Assembly: GCA_964551725.1 (NCBI GenBank)
Contig: CAZKED010000001.1
Coordinates: 55,770-119,769, forward strand
Length of the DNA: 64,000 bases
Origin: an uncultured archaeon
Lineage (GTDB): Archaea; Iainarchaeota; Iainarchaeia; Iainarchaeales; DTGL01
Reading direction: 5' to 3'
Part shown: positions 19,150 through 29,600 of the stretch, piece by piece
How positions within the stretch are numbered: position 1 is the first letter of the stretch
How the letters are laid out: each line of letters begins with the position of its first letter
Made by a program: the position numbers and the translations under genes
The notes under the pieces: model-generated
Told to the model about the DNA's origin: nothing
Databases searched by the model: none
Seen by the model: the letters and a program-made list of their open reading frames with translations, nothing else

Positions 19150-19157
19150 TATTTAAA
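19150..19157 (-). promoter_or_regulatory. TATA box for the small pilin gene (leaderless spacing)
   Basis: TTTAAATA on the minus strand about 25 nt before ATG 19125. Confidence 0.5.
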
Positions 19158-19170
19158 TGTTACTCGCCCG

Positions 19171-19725
19171 TCATTTTGAGTATCTCAACGCGACAAGGCA
19201 GCATGTTGCCTCGTCCTCGGTGCAGGGGCAGCCCTCAATCCATTCCGCCTTGAGGCCCTCGTTGCTGTAGTCCTCTATCGCCTGTTCCAGGAGAGTGCCT
19301 GAATCGCATAGAACGGAAAGGGTTGCCTCCCTTTTTCCCGTTACGTCGAGCGCGATTTTTTCAGGCGAACCGTTTTCCTGCCCCTCCGCGAAATCGCCGC
19401 TGTCGGCGAAATCACCCAGGCTGAGGCAGACTTTGTCGTTTGCCACTCCCCATTGCGCAATCGAAATCACTTCCTTGGAAAGCATTGTGCTTTTTTTTGA
19501 GCTGTCGAATGTTACCTTGCTCGACCTTTCGTAGCCACCCCTGTCGCTCAGCTTTTGCACGAGCTCGCCCGCTTTCTGGGCGGGTTCGTCCTTGGGGAAA
19601 AAATCCCACCATGGACCATAGATCAAGGTTAAAAGTATTCCCAGGATTGCAAGTGCAACTATTGCCGAAATCAAAAGCTTGAAAACGGAAAAGGACTGTC
19701 CTTTTTCATTGCGGAAAAAATTCAT
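19171..19725 (-). CDS. Type IV pilin-like protein (paralog A)
   Basis: MNFFRNEKG/QSFSVFKLLISAIVALAILGILL with a GAGGTGA RBS. Clearly similar to 19865-20413. Confidence 0.8.
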   Translation of the reverse strand: MNFFRNEKGQSFSVFKLLISAIVALAILGILLTLIYGPWWDFFPKDEPAQKAGELVQKLSDRGGYERSSKVTFDSSKKSTMLSKEVISIAQWGVANDKVCLSLGDFADSGDFAEGQENGSPEKIALDVTGKREATLSVLCDSGTLLEQAIEDYSNEGLKAEWIEGCPCTEDEATCCLVALRYSK

Positions 19726-19753
19726 CAGTTTCACCTCAGCATAAAAAGCAAAA

Positions 19754-19807
19754 ACGCAAAAGCGTTTGCCAGAAGAATAGAAGGATTTCTCCTATTTAAT
19801 GGTTTCT
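19754..19807 (-). repeat. Duplicated promoter/leader, copy 1
   Basis: Minus strand AGAAACCATTAAATAGG...TATTCTTCTGGCAAACGCTTTTGCG is similar to 20448-20501. Confidence 0.6.
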
Positions 19808-19864
19808 ATGGGGGGTTTCGGCTGAAAAAAAACAGGCGGAATAAAAAGGGGAAAAAGGAAGCTT

Positions 19865-20413
19865 TCAGCGCTTCCTTAACGCTATGAGGCAGCACATTTC
19901 GTCCCTGCCCTCAAAATCGCAGTCGTCCGTCCACTCTTCCTCGAGCCCTTCGTATTCTCCTATTTCCTCTATGTCCGCTTCTATGAGGTCGCCCGCGTTG
20001 CAGAGCACCGAAAGTTCGACGTCCCTGCTGCCGCCCCTGTTGAAGGCTATGAGCTGCGGAGAACCGTTCTCTTGTCCTGCTTCAAAGTCGTCTGTTTCTG
20101 AGAAATCGCCCAGGCTGAGGCATATCTGGTCGGGTGCCATTCCAACTTCCGCGGCAGCGATTATTTCACTGCTCCTCATTGTCTTTTTGTCAGCGCCAAA
20201 TGTTACCACGTCTGACTTTTCATAGCCGCCCCTGTCTCTCAGTTCTCCTACAAGCTCTGCCGCCTGCTCTGTCGGGTCTGCTTCCGTTCCAATCTGACCT
20301 ATCGAGTTGATTACTGTCATCAGTATTCCGAGGATTGCCATTGCAATAATCGCCGCAATGAGAAGCTTGAATGCTGAAAACGCCTGACCTCTTTCGTTTC
20401 GCAAAAAAACCAT
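19865..20413 (-). CDS. Type IV pilin-like protein (paralog B)
   Basis: MVFLRNERG/QAFSAFKLLIAAIIAMAILGILM. Shares DRGGYE, CLSLGDF, GQENGSP, LSVLC and CCL.ALR with paralog A. Confidence 0.8.
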   Translation of the reverse strand: MVFLRNERGQAFSAFKLLIAAIIAMAILGILMTVINSIGQIGTEADPTEQAAELVGELRDRGGYEKSDVVTFGADKKTMRSSEIIAAAEVGMAPDQICLSLGDFSETDDFEAGQENGSPQLIAFNRGGSRDVELSVLCNAGDLIEADIEEIGEYEGLEEEWTDDCDFEGRDEMCCLIALRKR

Positions 20414-20447
20414 CCACATTCACCTCTGAATTCAGCGCATAAGCACA

Positions 20448-20501
20448 GCGCAAAACGTTTTGCCAGGAAGAATAAGGAAATTCACCTATTTAATTGTTTC
20501 T
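20448..20501 (-). repeat. Duplicated promoter/leader, copy 2
   Basis: Minus strand AGAAACAATTAAATAGG...TATTCTTCCTGGCAAAACGTTTTGCG. Confidence 0.6.
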
Positions 20502-20536
20502 TTTTTGCGCGGCGCTTCCTGGGCGCTTCCGATTCG

Positions 20537-20989
20537 CTATATGCGGGGTTTTTTGCCGAAGGAAACATAGCATTCCGTGTTGCATTCGCTTCCCGAAGGC
20601 TGCTTGATGCACTGGTAGTAAACGTCAATCTGCATTCTCTGCCTCAATTCAATGCCCGCGCCGTCGCCCTTTATTTCCGCGTTCGCCATTTCCGTTGCCT
20701 GGAATTCAACGCACTCGCTGTCGAAATGGAACTGCCTCTCAAGGTCCAGGGCATAGTAGGACCCCTCCTTGAACATGAGGTTTTTCCTTTCCACTAATCC
20801 CTCGGAGCCGTCTTCCGAGGGCGCGCTCAGCGCATATTTGAAGCCCTCGTAGTAGCGCTCCATGCTTATAACGTACTGCATTTCGCTGAAGTACGTTATC
20901 GCGCCGAGGATTATGACGAAAATCATTGCCGCCATTATTACCGCCACCAGCAACCTGAAAGGAAGGAACTGCCCTTTTTCCCCGGGCAA
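20537..20989 (-). CDS. Pilin-like protein with class III signal peptide
   Basis: MPGEKG/QFLPFRLLVAVIMAAMIFVIILGAI. TTG start abutting the upstream stop, GGAGGA RBS. Confidence 0.75.
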   Translation of the reverse strand: MPGEKGQFLPFRLLVAVIMAAMIFVIILGAITYFSEMQYVISMERYYEGFKYALSAPSEDGSEGLVERKNLMFKEGSYYALDLERQFHFDSECVEFQATEMANAEIKGDGAGIELRQRMQIDVYYQCIKQPSGSECNTECYVSFGKKPRI

Positions 20990-23509
20990 TCAGAATCCTC
21001 CTCCGAAAGAACTCACAACAATATTGGTTACAAAGAAGGAAACAGTGAAAACAATCATTGAAATGGGCACGTACTTTGCGAGGTTGACTTTAACTAACAG
21101 GTTGTTGTCCTCCTCTATTTTCGTGGTGTAATAAATCACAATCACCGCTATTTCGACGATGTAAACAAGCATTATCGCAAGGAACATGGGCGCGGAAACC
21201 ATTGAAAGAAGCGCCTCGGGGTTAATCAACTGCTCGAAGGTTGTAACGTTGAACGTGCCGAGCCCCGCGCCGGCTGCCGCTTCGCTACTCTCGAAAAGGT
21301 CGTCCCCTGCAAAGGAGGCGAACAGCCGCACGATTACCTTGAACAATGAAGTGGTGATTCCGAGCACTACCGGTGCAATGAAAACAATCATTGTGCGCAT
21401 TAACTGGGAGATGTCCATCACGAGGTTCTTCAGCATTTTTGAAACCTTTTCAGAATTCTCAAGCTGCAGGGACATTGAAACAAGGGTTCTGGCGGCAACA
21501 TTCACTCCGAGTTTTACCGAGTCAACGAGCACTTTCATTCCCACTTTTATTGTTTTTGACGGAATGTTCACCAGCGCGCCGTAGCGCGGGTCGAAAACCG
21601 CGGACTCCAATGGCATGCCCATCAGGTGGATGTTGTCGAGTGCTCTCCCAAAAATTCTGTCGGAGATTTTGTAGTTGGGTAGGAATTCCTTCACGTGCCT
21701 CAGCGCTTCCTCCATTGGCTTGTTTTCCCCCAAGCGCGAGGCGATAATGTACAGTGAGTCCTTGAATTCGGATTCGAGCTGCATTATTTCAACCTGCACC
21801 TTGCGCCTGTAAATGTTGGAGTAGTATACGAAAAAGTAAATGCATACTGCTGTGGTCAGCATCAGCCCGAAGATTAAATTGTTGGGCGTGGTGTCGTTTT
21901 CCTTCTGCATGAAGAAAACGGTTTTCCTGTAATAAAGGGCTTTTTCTGCCGCAATTCTTGCAAGCTCTGATTTGAGTCTCGCGGTCGACCAGCCGGGGTT
22001 CTGCTGCTCAAGTGCTTTTGCGTAATCCTCGCCCACGTATTTTCTCAGTTCCGAGAGCTCGGTGGCGTTGGAGGAGTACTCCCTGAAAAATTCGTTGTAG
22101 ACATCCCCGCCTTCAGTGCTTCCGGCGGGCGGCAGTGCAAAGTAGTCCTCGTTGTAACCGCCTTCTCGGAGCACGTCGGCTTCCCGCCTGTCCGCGGGAA
22201 GCAATTGCTCGTCGGGAAGCAGCGGTTCGTTCCTTCCTTCAATCCCGTAGCCCGTGGACTTCGGGGGAATTCCTTCAACGTGCAGGAACCATGAAACGCT
22301 GACTCCGGCAATTAAAATTATTGCAATGGGAATCCATACGCTCATTTCCCTCCTGCCCAAAACCATTCTCCCCTTTTTGGGCAGTCCCGGATAGTTTTCC
22401 GGAATTTCCGGCGGCTCGTAAGTGGGTGGTCTCTGCCTCACCACCTGCACTGCAAAAAAGAAGACGCCCAGCGGAATGCCAACATTGTACAAGAGCACCA
22501 GCACGACGGGATTTGCGAGAGGCGAACCCGTGACGAACGCGCCTATGGGAAGCACGATGAATAAGATTATTGGCAGCAGGACGCCGAGGTAGAACAGTAT
22601 GGCGGAAGGCATTGAAAGGTCGCGGGCGTACTGCTCCATTTTTTCCTTTACCGCGGAAAGAAGCCCTTCAGTGGTTTTGTCGAGGAGGGCATACCTCTTT
22701 GCTTCGGTGTCCTCGAGCACTGAAGCGCGGATGCGCATTAGTGCGAGCTTGAATTCCTTGCTGTACTTTCCCCACTTGTAGGCGAGTTCGTCCAGCCCTT
22801 CGGAGAGTGTTGGGTAAACGCCGATCTCAACGCTCCAGAGCAATGACCTGAAATCCGCGGAAATTTTTCCGCGTCCGTGTTCGGCTGCAAACTCAACCGC
22901 TTTTTCGAGGTTGGGGGTCAGCTTGAGGGACATTACCATGTACCCAATCATTTCCGGAATATAGCCAAGAGCGCGCCTTTGCTCTGTTTTTATAACGCTC
23001 ACGGGATAGCGCTGCACGAGCCTCGGCAGGAAAAAGACGAGAAGGAACACCGGCATGAGTATGTAGATTATCCACATGGGTCCCGCGAGGGAAGAGAGCA
23101 TTCCCGAAAGAGGAGTGAACCAGACAAGCATTACAAAGGCAAAGCTCAGCACTAGAGAGAGGAGCATTGTGAATTTGACAGCGGCGGAGAACTCCTCGGG
23201 TTTTATGTCCCAGCCGAGGAAATCAACGGCATTCCTGAATTCTTCCGTGAATTTTGCCCCTTTTCCCAGCGAGGGCATTGTCCTGTAAGCGCGCTTGCAG
23301 AAGCGAACGAAGCGGGGCTCTTTCTTCTTGAAGAGCTTTTTTTCCCCTTTTTCGAATTCCTCCGAGCTGAACTCTATTTCCTTGTAAAGCCTGCCCGGGG
23401 AAACCCTTCTCTTCGGCTTGGGTCTGGTGTGCAAAGGTCTTGCCTCGCGCCTGCTTTCCCTTTCAGGCGCTTTGTCAATCTTCCTGCGCCTTTCGTACCT
23501 TCGAGGCAT
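20990..23509 (-). CDS. FlaJ/TadC-like pilus platform membrane protein with two T2SSF domains
   Basis: Two cytoplasmic T2SSF-like segments (PNLEKAVEFAAEH..., SRLGENKPMEEAL...GMPLESAVFD) with about 8-9 TM helices. Follows the ATPase. Confidence 0.85.
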   Translation of the reverse strand: MPRRYERRRKIDKAPERESRREARPLHTRPKPKRRVSPGRLYKEIEFSSEEFEKGEKKLFKKKEPRFVRFCKRAYRTMPSLGKGAKFTEEFRNAVDFLGWDIKPEEFSAAVKFTMLLSLVLSFAFVMLVWFTPLSGMLSSLAGPMWIIYILMPVFLLVFFLPRLVQRYPVSVIKTEQRRALGYIPEMIGYMVMSLKLTPNLEKAVEFAAEHGRGKISADFRSLLWSVEIGVYPTLSEGLDELAYKWGKYSKEFKLALMRIRASVLEDTEAKRYALLDKTTEGLLSAVKEKMEQYARDLSMPSAILFYLGVLLPIILFIVLPIGAFVTGSPLANPVVLVLLYNVGIPLGVFFFAVQVVRQRPPTYEPPEIPENYPGLPKKGRMVLGRREMSVWIPIAIILIAGVSVSWFLHVEGIPPKSTGYGIEGRNEPLLPDEQLLPADRREADVLREGGYNEDYFALPPAGSTEGGDVYNEFFREYSSNATELSELRKYVGEDYAKALEQQNPGWSTARLKSELARIAAEKALYYRKTVFFMQKENDTTPNNLIFGLMLTTAVCIYFFVYYSNIYRRKVQVEIMQLESEFKDSLYIIASRLGENKPMEEALRHVKEFLPNYKISDRIFGRALDNIHLMGMPLESAVFDPRYGALVNIPSKTIKVGMKVLVDSVKLGVNVAARTLVSMSLQLENSEKVSKMLKNLVMDISQLMRTMIVFIAPVVLGITTSLFKVIVRLFASFAGDDLFESSEAAAGAGLGTFNVTTFEQLINPEALLSMVSAPMFLAIMLVYIVEIAVIVIYYTTKIEEDNNLLVKVNLAKYVPISMIVFTVSFFVTNIVVSSFGGGF

Positions 23510-23519
23510 TAAAAATTCC

Positions 23520-25790
23520 TCACTTGGAAAACCGGCCAACCATTGATTCCCGCACCCAGTCCTTCCATTCTTTCAGCACTTCCCTGTAGTTGACCTTTCC
23601 TTTTTCCTCGATTTCCTTTTCCTTCAAGAGCATTAATTTGTCGTGCGCCAGCGCGGAGTTTTCCGCTTCAAGAATCTCGGGCAGGGAATGCTCTTCTTTC
23701 AGTTTCACCAGGAATTCCTTGGACTCGCCGCGCATTCTAATCTCCTCCCACATCTGCTGCATTGAGAGACCGGAAACCCTGCTTATTTTTTCGAAAATGT
23801 CCGATTCCTTCAAGTTGTCTTCCAGCAGTTCGAGCCTGTCCTTTTTGGCATCATAGCGCATTAAGTCCAGCAACCCGCCTTCTCTTTCCGGGTCCTCAAC
23901 CCAGTGCTTTTTTATTTCGGTTACTTCAACAACCCTGCGGTGGCTTTTTAGGGAACCGCCGAACCTTATGGGGCGGGCGGTAACAACAATGTCCGTTGCC
24001 TTGAAGGAGGTTGTCGGAACATCCAAGTCATTCACGACGCGGTCCCAGACAGCGTAAGCGGAATCGCCGTGAATCGTTCCCATTACAACGTTGCCTGCAG
24101 CCCCAATGCGCATTGCCTCGTACAAAGTGCGCGCTTCCGTGGAGCGCACTTCACCGAGCACCAGAGCGCTGTCGCCCAGGCGCAGGGCGGTGCGAAGTGC
24201 CTCTTCTGGGGCAACCTCTGTCTCGGTTTTTGAGACTCCTATGGGCGAGCGTGTTTTGAGCCTCTGTATGTTGAAGCCGATTCTCTTCATGTACTCCGCG
24301 GGAATTTCAAGCGTGTCCTCCTGGAGTATTATTCTCGAGTTCTTGGGAATTTCGAGAATGTTCGCTGCCATCAGCGAGGTCTTGCCCGAGCCCCTGGAAC
24401 CTGTAACGAGCATTGTTGTCTTGTTGTCGATGAAAAAGGAAATGAGCCCGGCTGCCATCGGATTCAAAAATTTCACGTCAATAAACTGTGCCAAAGTCCA
24501 GGGCGTGACCTTGTGCAGGCGGAAAGCGAATGCGACTCCGTCCGGCGCCAAAGGCGGCCCTATGGTTGCAATTCTTGTCTCCAGTTCCGGCAAATCGAAG
24601 TCGAGCACCGGGTGCGCTTCGTCGAATGGTCTTCCTGACATTGCGCGCATTTTTGTTATGAGCGTCTGGGCTTCCTTTTCCGTGTAAAGAATGTTCGTGG
24701 AGCACTGCCCGAAATCCGAGTGCACCAAGTAAACCGGATTCTGCCCTATTGGTGAATCCAAAAAAACATCCGTGAGCCTGCGGTCGGAGAGAATTATTTC
24801 AAGTATTCCGTAGCCCACGGTATAGCGCGCGACGATTTCGCTCAGTTCCTCCGCCTCTCTCTTCGTGATTTTTATTCCGTTTGTTTTCGCGACATCGAGG
24901 ATTGTGCTCTGGTAAATGCGTTCGAAGTAATCCCGGGATTTTGCCACGGTGCTCAGCGACGCCTTTCCGGGAGTGTAGGCTGCAACGATTTCCTTTGTCT
25001 TGCTGAGAACGAAATATTTTTCGGGGGAAAGGGTGTATTCGGGCGGATTGATGAAGTATAGGTTCATTGTTTTGTTTGGGTGGTTGAATATCTGCACTGT
25101 GGTGTTCTTTACAGTATATTCGTCCAATAGCTCCAACTCTTCCTCGTCCTTGAACATTAACATCGAGCCTATGAAAGACGGCTTTATCTGGGCTTCGAAG
25201 AACACCCTGTATAAATCCTTTGTGTCCGGTATTTCCTCGAGTTCTGTCAAAAAGCGCTTTACTTTCTGTATGAGCGCGGTTTTTTCGAATTCGTCTTTCA
25301 TGTATGCGAGGGTGCGCAGGTAAACCTTGCTTCCCTGCTTGTACTGTTCGCTGCCTTCCTTGTACCTGGCTTTTTCTTTCTGGAGTTCGAGCACGCAGGT
25401 GAAGTAGGCTTTTATGGGATCGTATGCGATGAGGTCGTGCGCTATCGTTACCGCCATTTTGTGCCTGGGACCCAAAAACATTTCGTCCGCGCCTGGCTCG
25501 CCCAGATTCTTCGACGCCCAGACGGTTTCCGCGTCAAATTTCTGCATCAGTTCTACTATTTCCTTGAGGAGTGCAGTCTGCGCCTGGTCGTAAACGCGCT
25601 CGTAGGCTTCCGCCAGCACTATCAGGTCCGCTTCCATTTCGGACATCGCTTTTATTACGTGGTAACGGCATGCTTGGTCGTCCGCTATCGAGGTGCCGTA
25701 AACGCATTCCCTGCAGTCGAATAGCAGGTGGCGCTTGTTGGCTTCCTCTTTAACGGTGTAATCCCCTACCTTGAACCCGCCTATTTTCAT
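23520..25790 (-). CDS. FlaI/VirB11-family type IV pilus assembly ATPase
   Basis: Walker A GSRGSGKT, QEDTLEI, LRLGDSALVLGEVR and GTIHG. N-terminal CxxC...C motif. Confidence 0.92.
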   Translation of the reverse strand: MKIGGFKVGDYTVKEEANKRHLLFDCRECVYGTSIADDQACRYHVIKAMSEMEADLIVLAEAYERVYDQAQTALLKEIVELMQKFDAETVWASKNLGEPGADEMFLGPRHKMAVTIAHDLIAYDPIKAYFTCVLELQKEKARYKEGSEQYKQGSKVYLRTLAYMKDEFEKTALIQKVKRFLTELEEIPDTKDLYRVFFEAQIKPSFIGSMLMFKDEEELELLDEYTVKNTTVQIFNHPNKTMNLYFINPPEYTLSPEKYFVLSKTKEIVAAYTPGKASLSTVAKSRDYFERIYQSTILDVAKTNGIKITKREAEELSEIVARYTVGYGILEIILSDRRLTDVFLDSPIGQNPVYLVHSDFGQCSTNILYTEKEAQTLITKMRAMSGRPFDEAHPVLDFDLPELETRIATIGPPLAPDGVAFAFRLHKVTPWTLAQFIDVKFLNPMAAGLISFFIDNKTTMLVTGSRGSGKTSLMAANILEIPKNSRIILQEDTLEIPAEYMKRIGFNIQRLKTRSPIGVSKTETEVAPEEALRTALRLGDSALVLGEVRSTEARTLYEAMRIGAAGNVVMGTIHGDSAYAVWDRVVNDLDVPTTSFKATDIVVTARPIRFGGSLKSHRRVVEVTEIKKHWVEDPEREGGLLDLMRYDAKKDRLELLEDNLKESDIFEKISRVSGLSMQQMWEEIRMRGESKEFLVKLKEEHSLPEILEAENSALAHDKLMLLKEKEIEEKGKVNYREVLKEWKDWVRESMVGRFSK

Positions 25791-25933
25791 TTCCGCACCT
25801 TTTTGCACCCTTTGCGCGTTTTCCGCGTGCTGCAGAAAAAAGGGCTTAAGTCATTATTAAACCTATCTCTCCCCGCCGCGGGAGCGCAAAAAAAAGGGTT
25901 AAATTGCTTTTCGTTTTTAATTTCACTGGTAGA

Positions 25934-26566
25934 ATGGCGCGCAGGAAAAATAATGCAGATGCTTTCGCCGCCGCGCGCGCGGCGGCGGAAAAATGGCTGG
26001 CATTCGAGAGAAAGAATGCAAAAAGCGAGGCGTTCAAGGCAGCAAAATTTCTGGCGGCATTCGCCCTCGTTTTTTTCGGGCTGAATTTTTTTCTCTCTTT
26101 TGTGCCGCTGCAGTTTTTCGAGGTGCCGGTGGCAGTGGCAATAAAGGGATTCCTTGCAACGCAGAGCGTTGGGGCAAGAATCATTGCAACGGAGCCCGTT
26201 ATAGTGGCGGCGGAAACAGGGCTTGATGTGTCAGTATCATACCTCTGCACAGGGCTGCTCGAAAGCGTTGTGTGGATTGGAATAATCGCCGCTTCCCTGG
26301 GCGTGGAGTGGAAGAAGCGCTTGGCAGGCGCGTTCCTCGGTTTGGCTGGACTGGCGGCATTCAATCTTTTGAGAATTTTCACAACGCTCTATTTCGTGCT
26401 CAACTCGGATGTCAGCACGGTGACTTTTATACATAACACATTTTTCAGAGCCGCATTATTCGCTGTATTGGTCGGATTTTACGGAATATGGTTCTGGCTT
26501 TCGGTCAGGAGCGAAATGACCAGAGGGAGGGAAAAGGGAAAAAGGCAAAAGAAACAAAAAAACTAA
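25934..26566 (+). CDS. Exosortase/archaeosortase-family membrane transpeptidase
   Basis: Multi-TM protein with the family's Cys-Arg-His pattern: SYLCTG, FNLLRI and FIHN. Confidence 0.85.
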   Translation: MARRKNNADAFAAARAAAEKWLAFERKNAKSEAFKAAKFLAAFALVFFGLNFFLSFVPLQFFEVPVAVAIKGFLATQSVGARIIATEPVIVAAETGLDVSVSYLCTGLLESVVWIGIIAASLGVEWKKRLAGAFLGLAGLAAFNLLRIFTTLYFVLNSDVSTVTFIHNTFFRAALFAVLVGFYGIWFWLSVRSEMTRGREKGKRQKKQKN

Positions 26567-26567
26567 A

Positions 26568-26590
26568 GGTATATTAATTACTTATATACC
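26568..26590 (+). promoter_or_regulatory. Inverted repeat GGTATAT-N9-ATATACC overlapping a TATA box upstream of giant protein 1
   Basis: Perfect 7-bp arms; contains TTATATA. Confidence 0.45.
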
Positions 26591-26642
26591 CAAGAATAAA
26601 TAAATCAACATATGAAGCAGAAAGGGCGCGCGCGGTGTATTT

Positions 26643-29600
26643 ATGTTCGGAAACTCACTTGGCTCCTTTTACACAAAGATTGAGGACAAATGGTATTCCG
26701 CCATAGACTGGCTTGACCGGAAAGGAATTCCTTTTTACGTTTTCACGGATTTTCTCGAAAAGCGCGGAATTCCCTCGCTTCCTTTTTCAATCGCCGTCTT
26801 GTTTTTGCTCGTGCTATTGCTTTCCACTGTTTCTTTCGGAACAGCCGTGAATGCAACGCTTTCATTCAACATTTCAGATGCACACGGAGACCCGCTGCAG
26901 GGCGTTACAGTAACAATAACCGATGCAGCAGGAAAGCAGGTGGAAAAGAAAGCGGTAAGCGACGGCGGGAAAATTTTACTGCAGGGCGCCCCGGTCGGAG
27001 CGGTTTACGAAATAAGCGCCGCAAAGCCGGGCTATGTTCAGGATGACACCACTGCAAAAATTGATTCTGCTTCGGTGAATGTTTACCTCACGCTCAGGGC
27101 GGACTTGCAGCTTGCAGAGGGAATGCTTTCCCTCGTGGACGAAAGAAGCGGCACGGCAGTTAGGAATCCCGTGTGCATTGTGAAATACGAGGGGCTGGAC
27201 ATTGACGGCAGCGTGGACAGCAAGCAGGTGATTCATTTCAGCGGCATTCCCGCGGGAGAGGAAGTGATAGTGCAGTGCACGGCGAACGGATACGAGGACC
27301 TTTCAATCCCAATCGCGTTCAGGGAAGGCGAAACAATGCAGCAGGTCATGACACCGCTTACCGCGGCGCTGACCGGCGACTCTTTTGTTCTCGTTTCATT
27401 GTACGAGTGGACTGACGGCGAGGCAAAGCCGCTGAGCGGGGTTCGCCTTATAATAAAGAACGCGGAAACAGGAAATACGATAAGCGACGTCAATCTCGGG
27501 GAAGACGCGGAATACGCTGAAACGCTTAAAAAGGGCACGGTCATAACAATCACAGCGGAAAAAGAGGGCTTTATTACTGCGGTGTGGCCTGAAACCACTC
27601 TCAGGGAGGAGGAAACGCCAATTGAAATCGTGATGAGGAAAGGCGGCGAAAAGCTCGTTGTGAGGGTGAATGCCGAGGACACGGGACCTTTAAGCGGTGC
27701 AATAGTGCAGTTGTACGATGCCGCGGCTGAACTGATAAAGGAGGAAACCACAGACTTCAGCGGCTTCGTTGAGCTTGTGGGCATGGACCCTAACGCGACG
27801 TATTACATTACGGCGTACAAGGACCTGTACGTCGCGCAGAGGAAAAAAATAATTCCCGGGGAACTCGAGGAACTTGTTTTCACTCTTGAGTACGCGAGCC
27901 CGCAGAATTCCTCCACGCTTTCAATAAAAGTGCTCGATTCTGCTGGATTCTATGCGAACGGCGCATCGCTTTATTTTTATGAAAGAAGCGGGGAAGAAGT
28001 GCTGCCTTTGGGCATTCCAGTAAAGTACGCTGACCTGAGGGGGGAAGCGATAGCACAGGTTGAAAAGGAAAAGCTCGTTGTTGTCGTCGCCAAGAAGGAT
28101 TTGGAAGAGGGAGAGGGCGAAGCGGAAATAACGCAGAGCTCGCACGAAATGGAAATACAGATGGAAAAACCCGTCAATTTCGTCGAGCTGAAGCTCGTGG
28201 ACGAATTCGGCAATCCGGTTCCTGGAACGGCGAACATTTCAACGCAGTCCGGCGAAGAGCTTTACAGCGGGGAAATTTCAGATGCAATATGGTTCGATTC
28301 GCAGGGAAACGAAAAAGTTGTGCTCGCGGTTGAACAGGAAGGGGAAAAAATTTACGAGGAAGAAGTGGAAGTCGACAGCAAGACGGAAATAGAAATAGAA
28401 ATTCCTTTGGGAGAAGAGGCAAGAATTCCTGCAATTGAATTCCTGGGCGTGTTCAACGCAATGGACGAGGAAGTCGAGGGAATCACGCGCGGTGAATATT
28501 ACTGGCTGAAATTCAGCGCCAGTCTGCCGCAGTCGGAGAAAAGCGGGGTTCATGTCAGGGTGGGAAACGACTCGCAGAAGTTCGCGGACGAACAGCGCGT
28601 GGGAATCTACGGCTTTGATTCCGCACCTGGAGACTTTTTCTTCGGGCGCAGCTACCAGCCCCCCTCGGGACAGGCAATCGACTACAAGAACCGCGGGAAA
28701 GCGGGAGAGAAAAACAAATGGGTTGAAATCTATTTCGACAACCCGGCGGACACAGAAATAATAAGGGTGAAAGTAAAAACAGAGGAAACCTTTTCAAGGG
28801 AAGAATTCGAAGTGCACTTCAGGGCGTTCGCGAAATTCAGGGGAAAATTCTACAATTCTCCGCAGAGCACCGGGGAAATGCAGCTTTATTCCGAGACGTA
28901 CAGCGAGAGCGTGAGGGTTTTCACCACACGCACGCTGTGCAGCGAGGGACTGTGCGCCGGCTACCTGTTCAGGGACGCGGAGGGAATGGAATTCAGGGAA
29001 AACGAATTCAAGCCCATACTGGAAAGACCCTACGCGCTTGAAATAACGCTGAGCGCGAAAGAAGGGGAAAAGGTGAATCTCACAGCGAGCACGAGAGCGA
29101 ATGCCGCGGCAATGGCATTCTGGGGGATTTCACTGGACGAGTTTGCAGTCGTTCCCGAGCAGGGCTACGAGCTCGCGAGCGCGGACATAGCGGACGTGCA
29201 GGTAGAGCGCGGCGAGGAAGTCAAAGCGGTTGTTTATTTCATGCCAAAGGAAACAGGGCAGGGCTATCTGGAGATATCCGTGCAGGGAACGGAGAACGAG
29301 ATAAGGAAGAAATTCTACTTCGACGTGGCGGAGGAAAGAAACATAAGCATTGAAATGCCCGGAAAAGGAAAGCTCACCCTCGGGGAAAACCTTTTCCTGC
29401 GCCTGACCGACGCGGAAACAAGCGAATTTTTGACAAACGCGAAACTCAGGCTTGAAAACATCGACACAGAGAAGATTGAAGTCTCAACCGTAGGAACGAA
29501 CACGAGAAACAACGGCTTGAACGGGGAATATTCCCTTGAAACCTCGCACCTCGAGCCCGGCTTCTACAAAATCGTTGCATCGTTGTACGGTTACGTGGAG

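Noticed and set aside
20990-25790. Archaellum (motility) operon
   Set aside because: No archaellin, ArlH, ArlF or ArlG genes were recognised. The pilins and gene order fit a non-archaellum type IV pilus.
25846-26382. 178-aa minus-strand ORF opposite the archaeosortase
   Set aside because: It is antisense to a gene with clear catalytic motifs.
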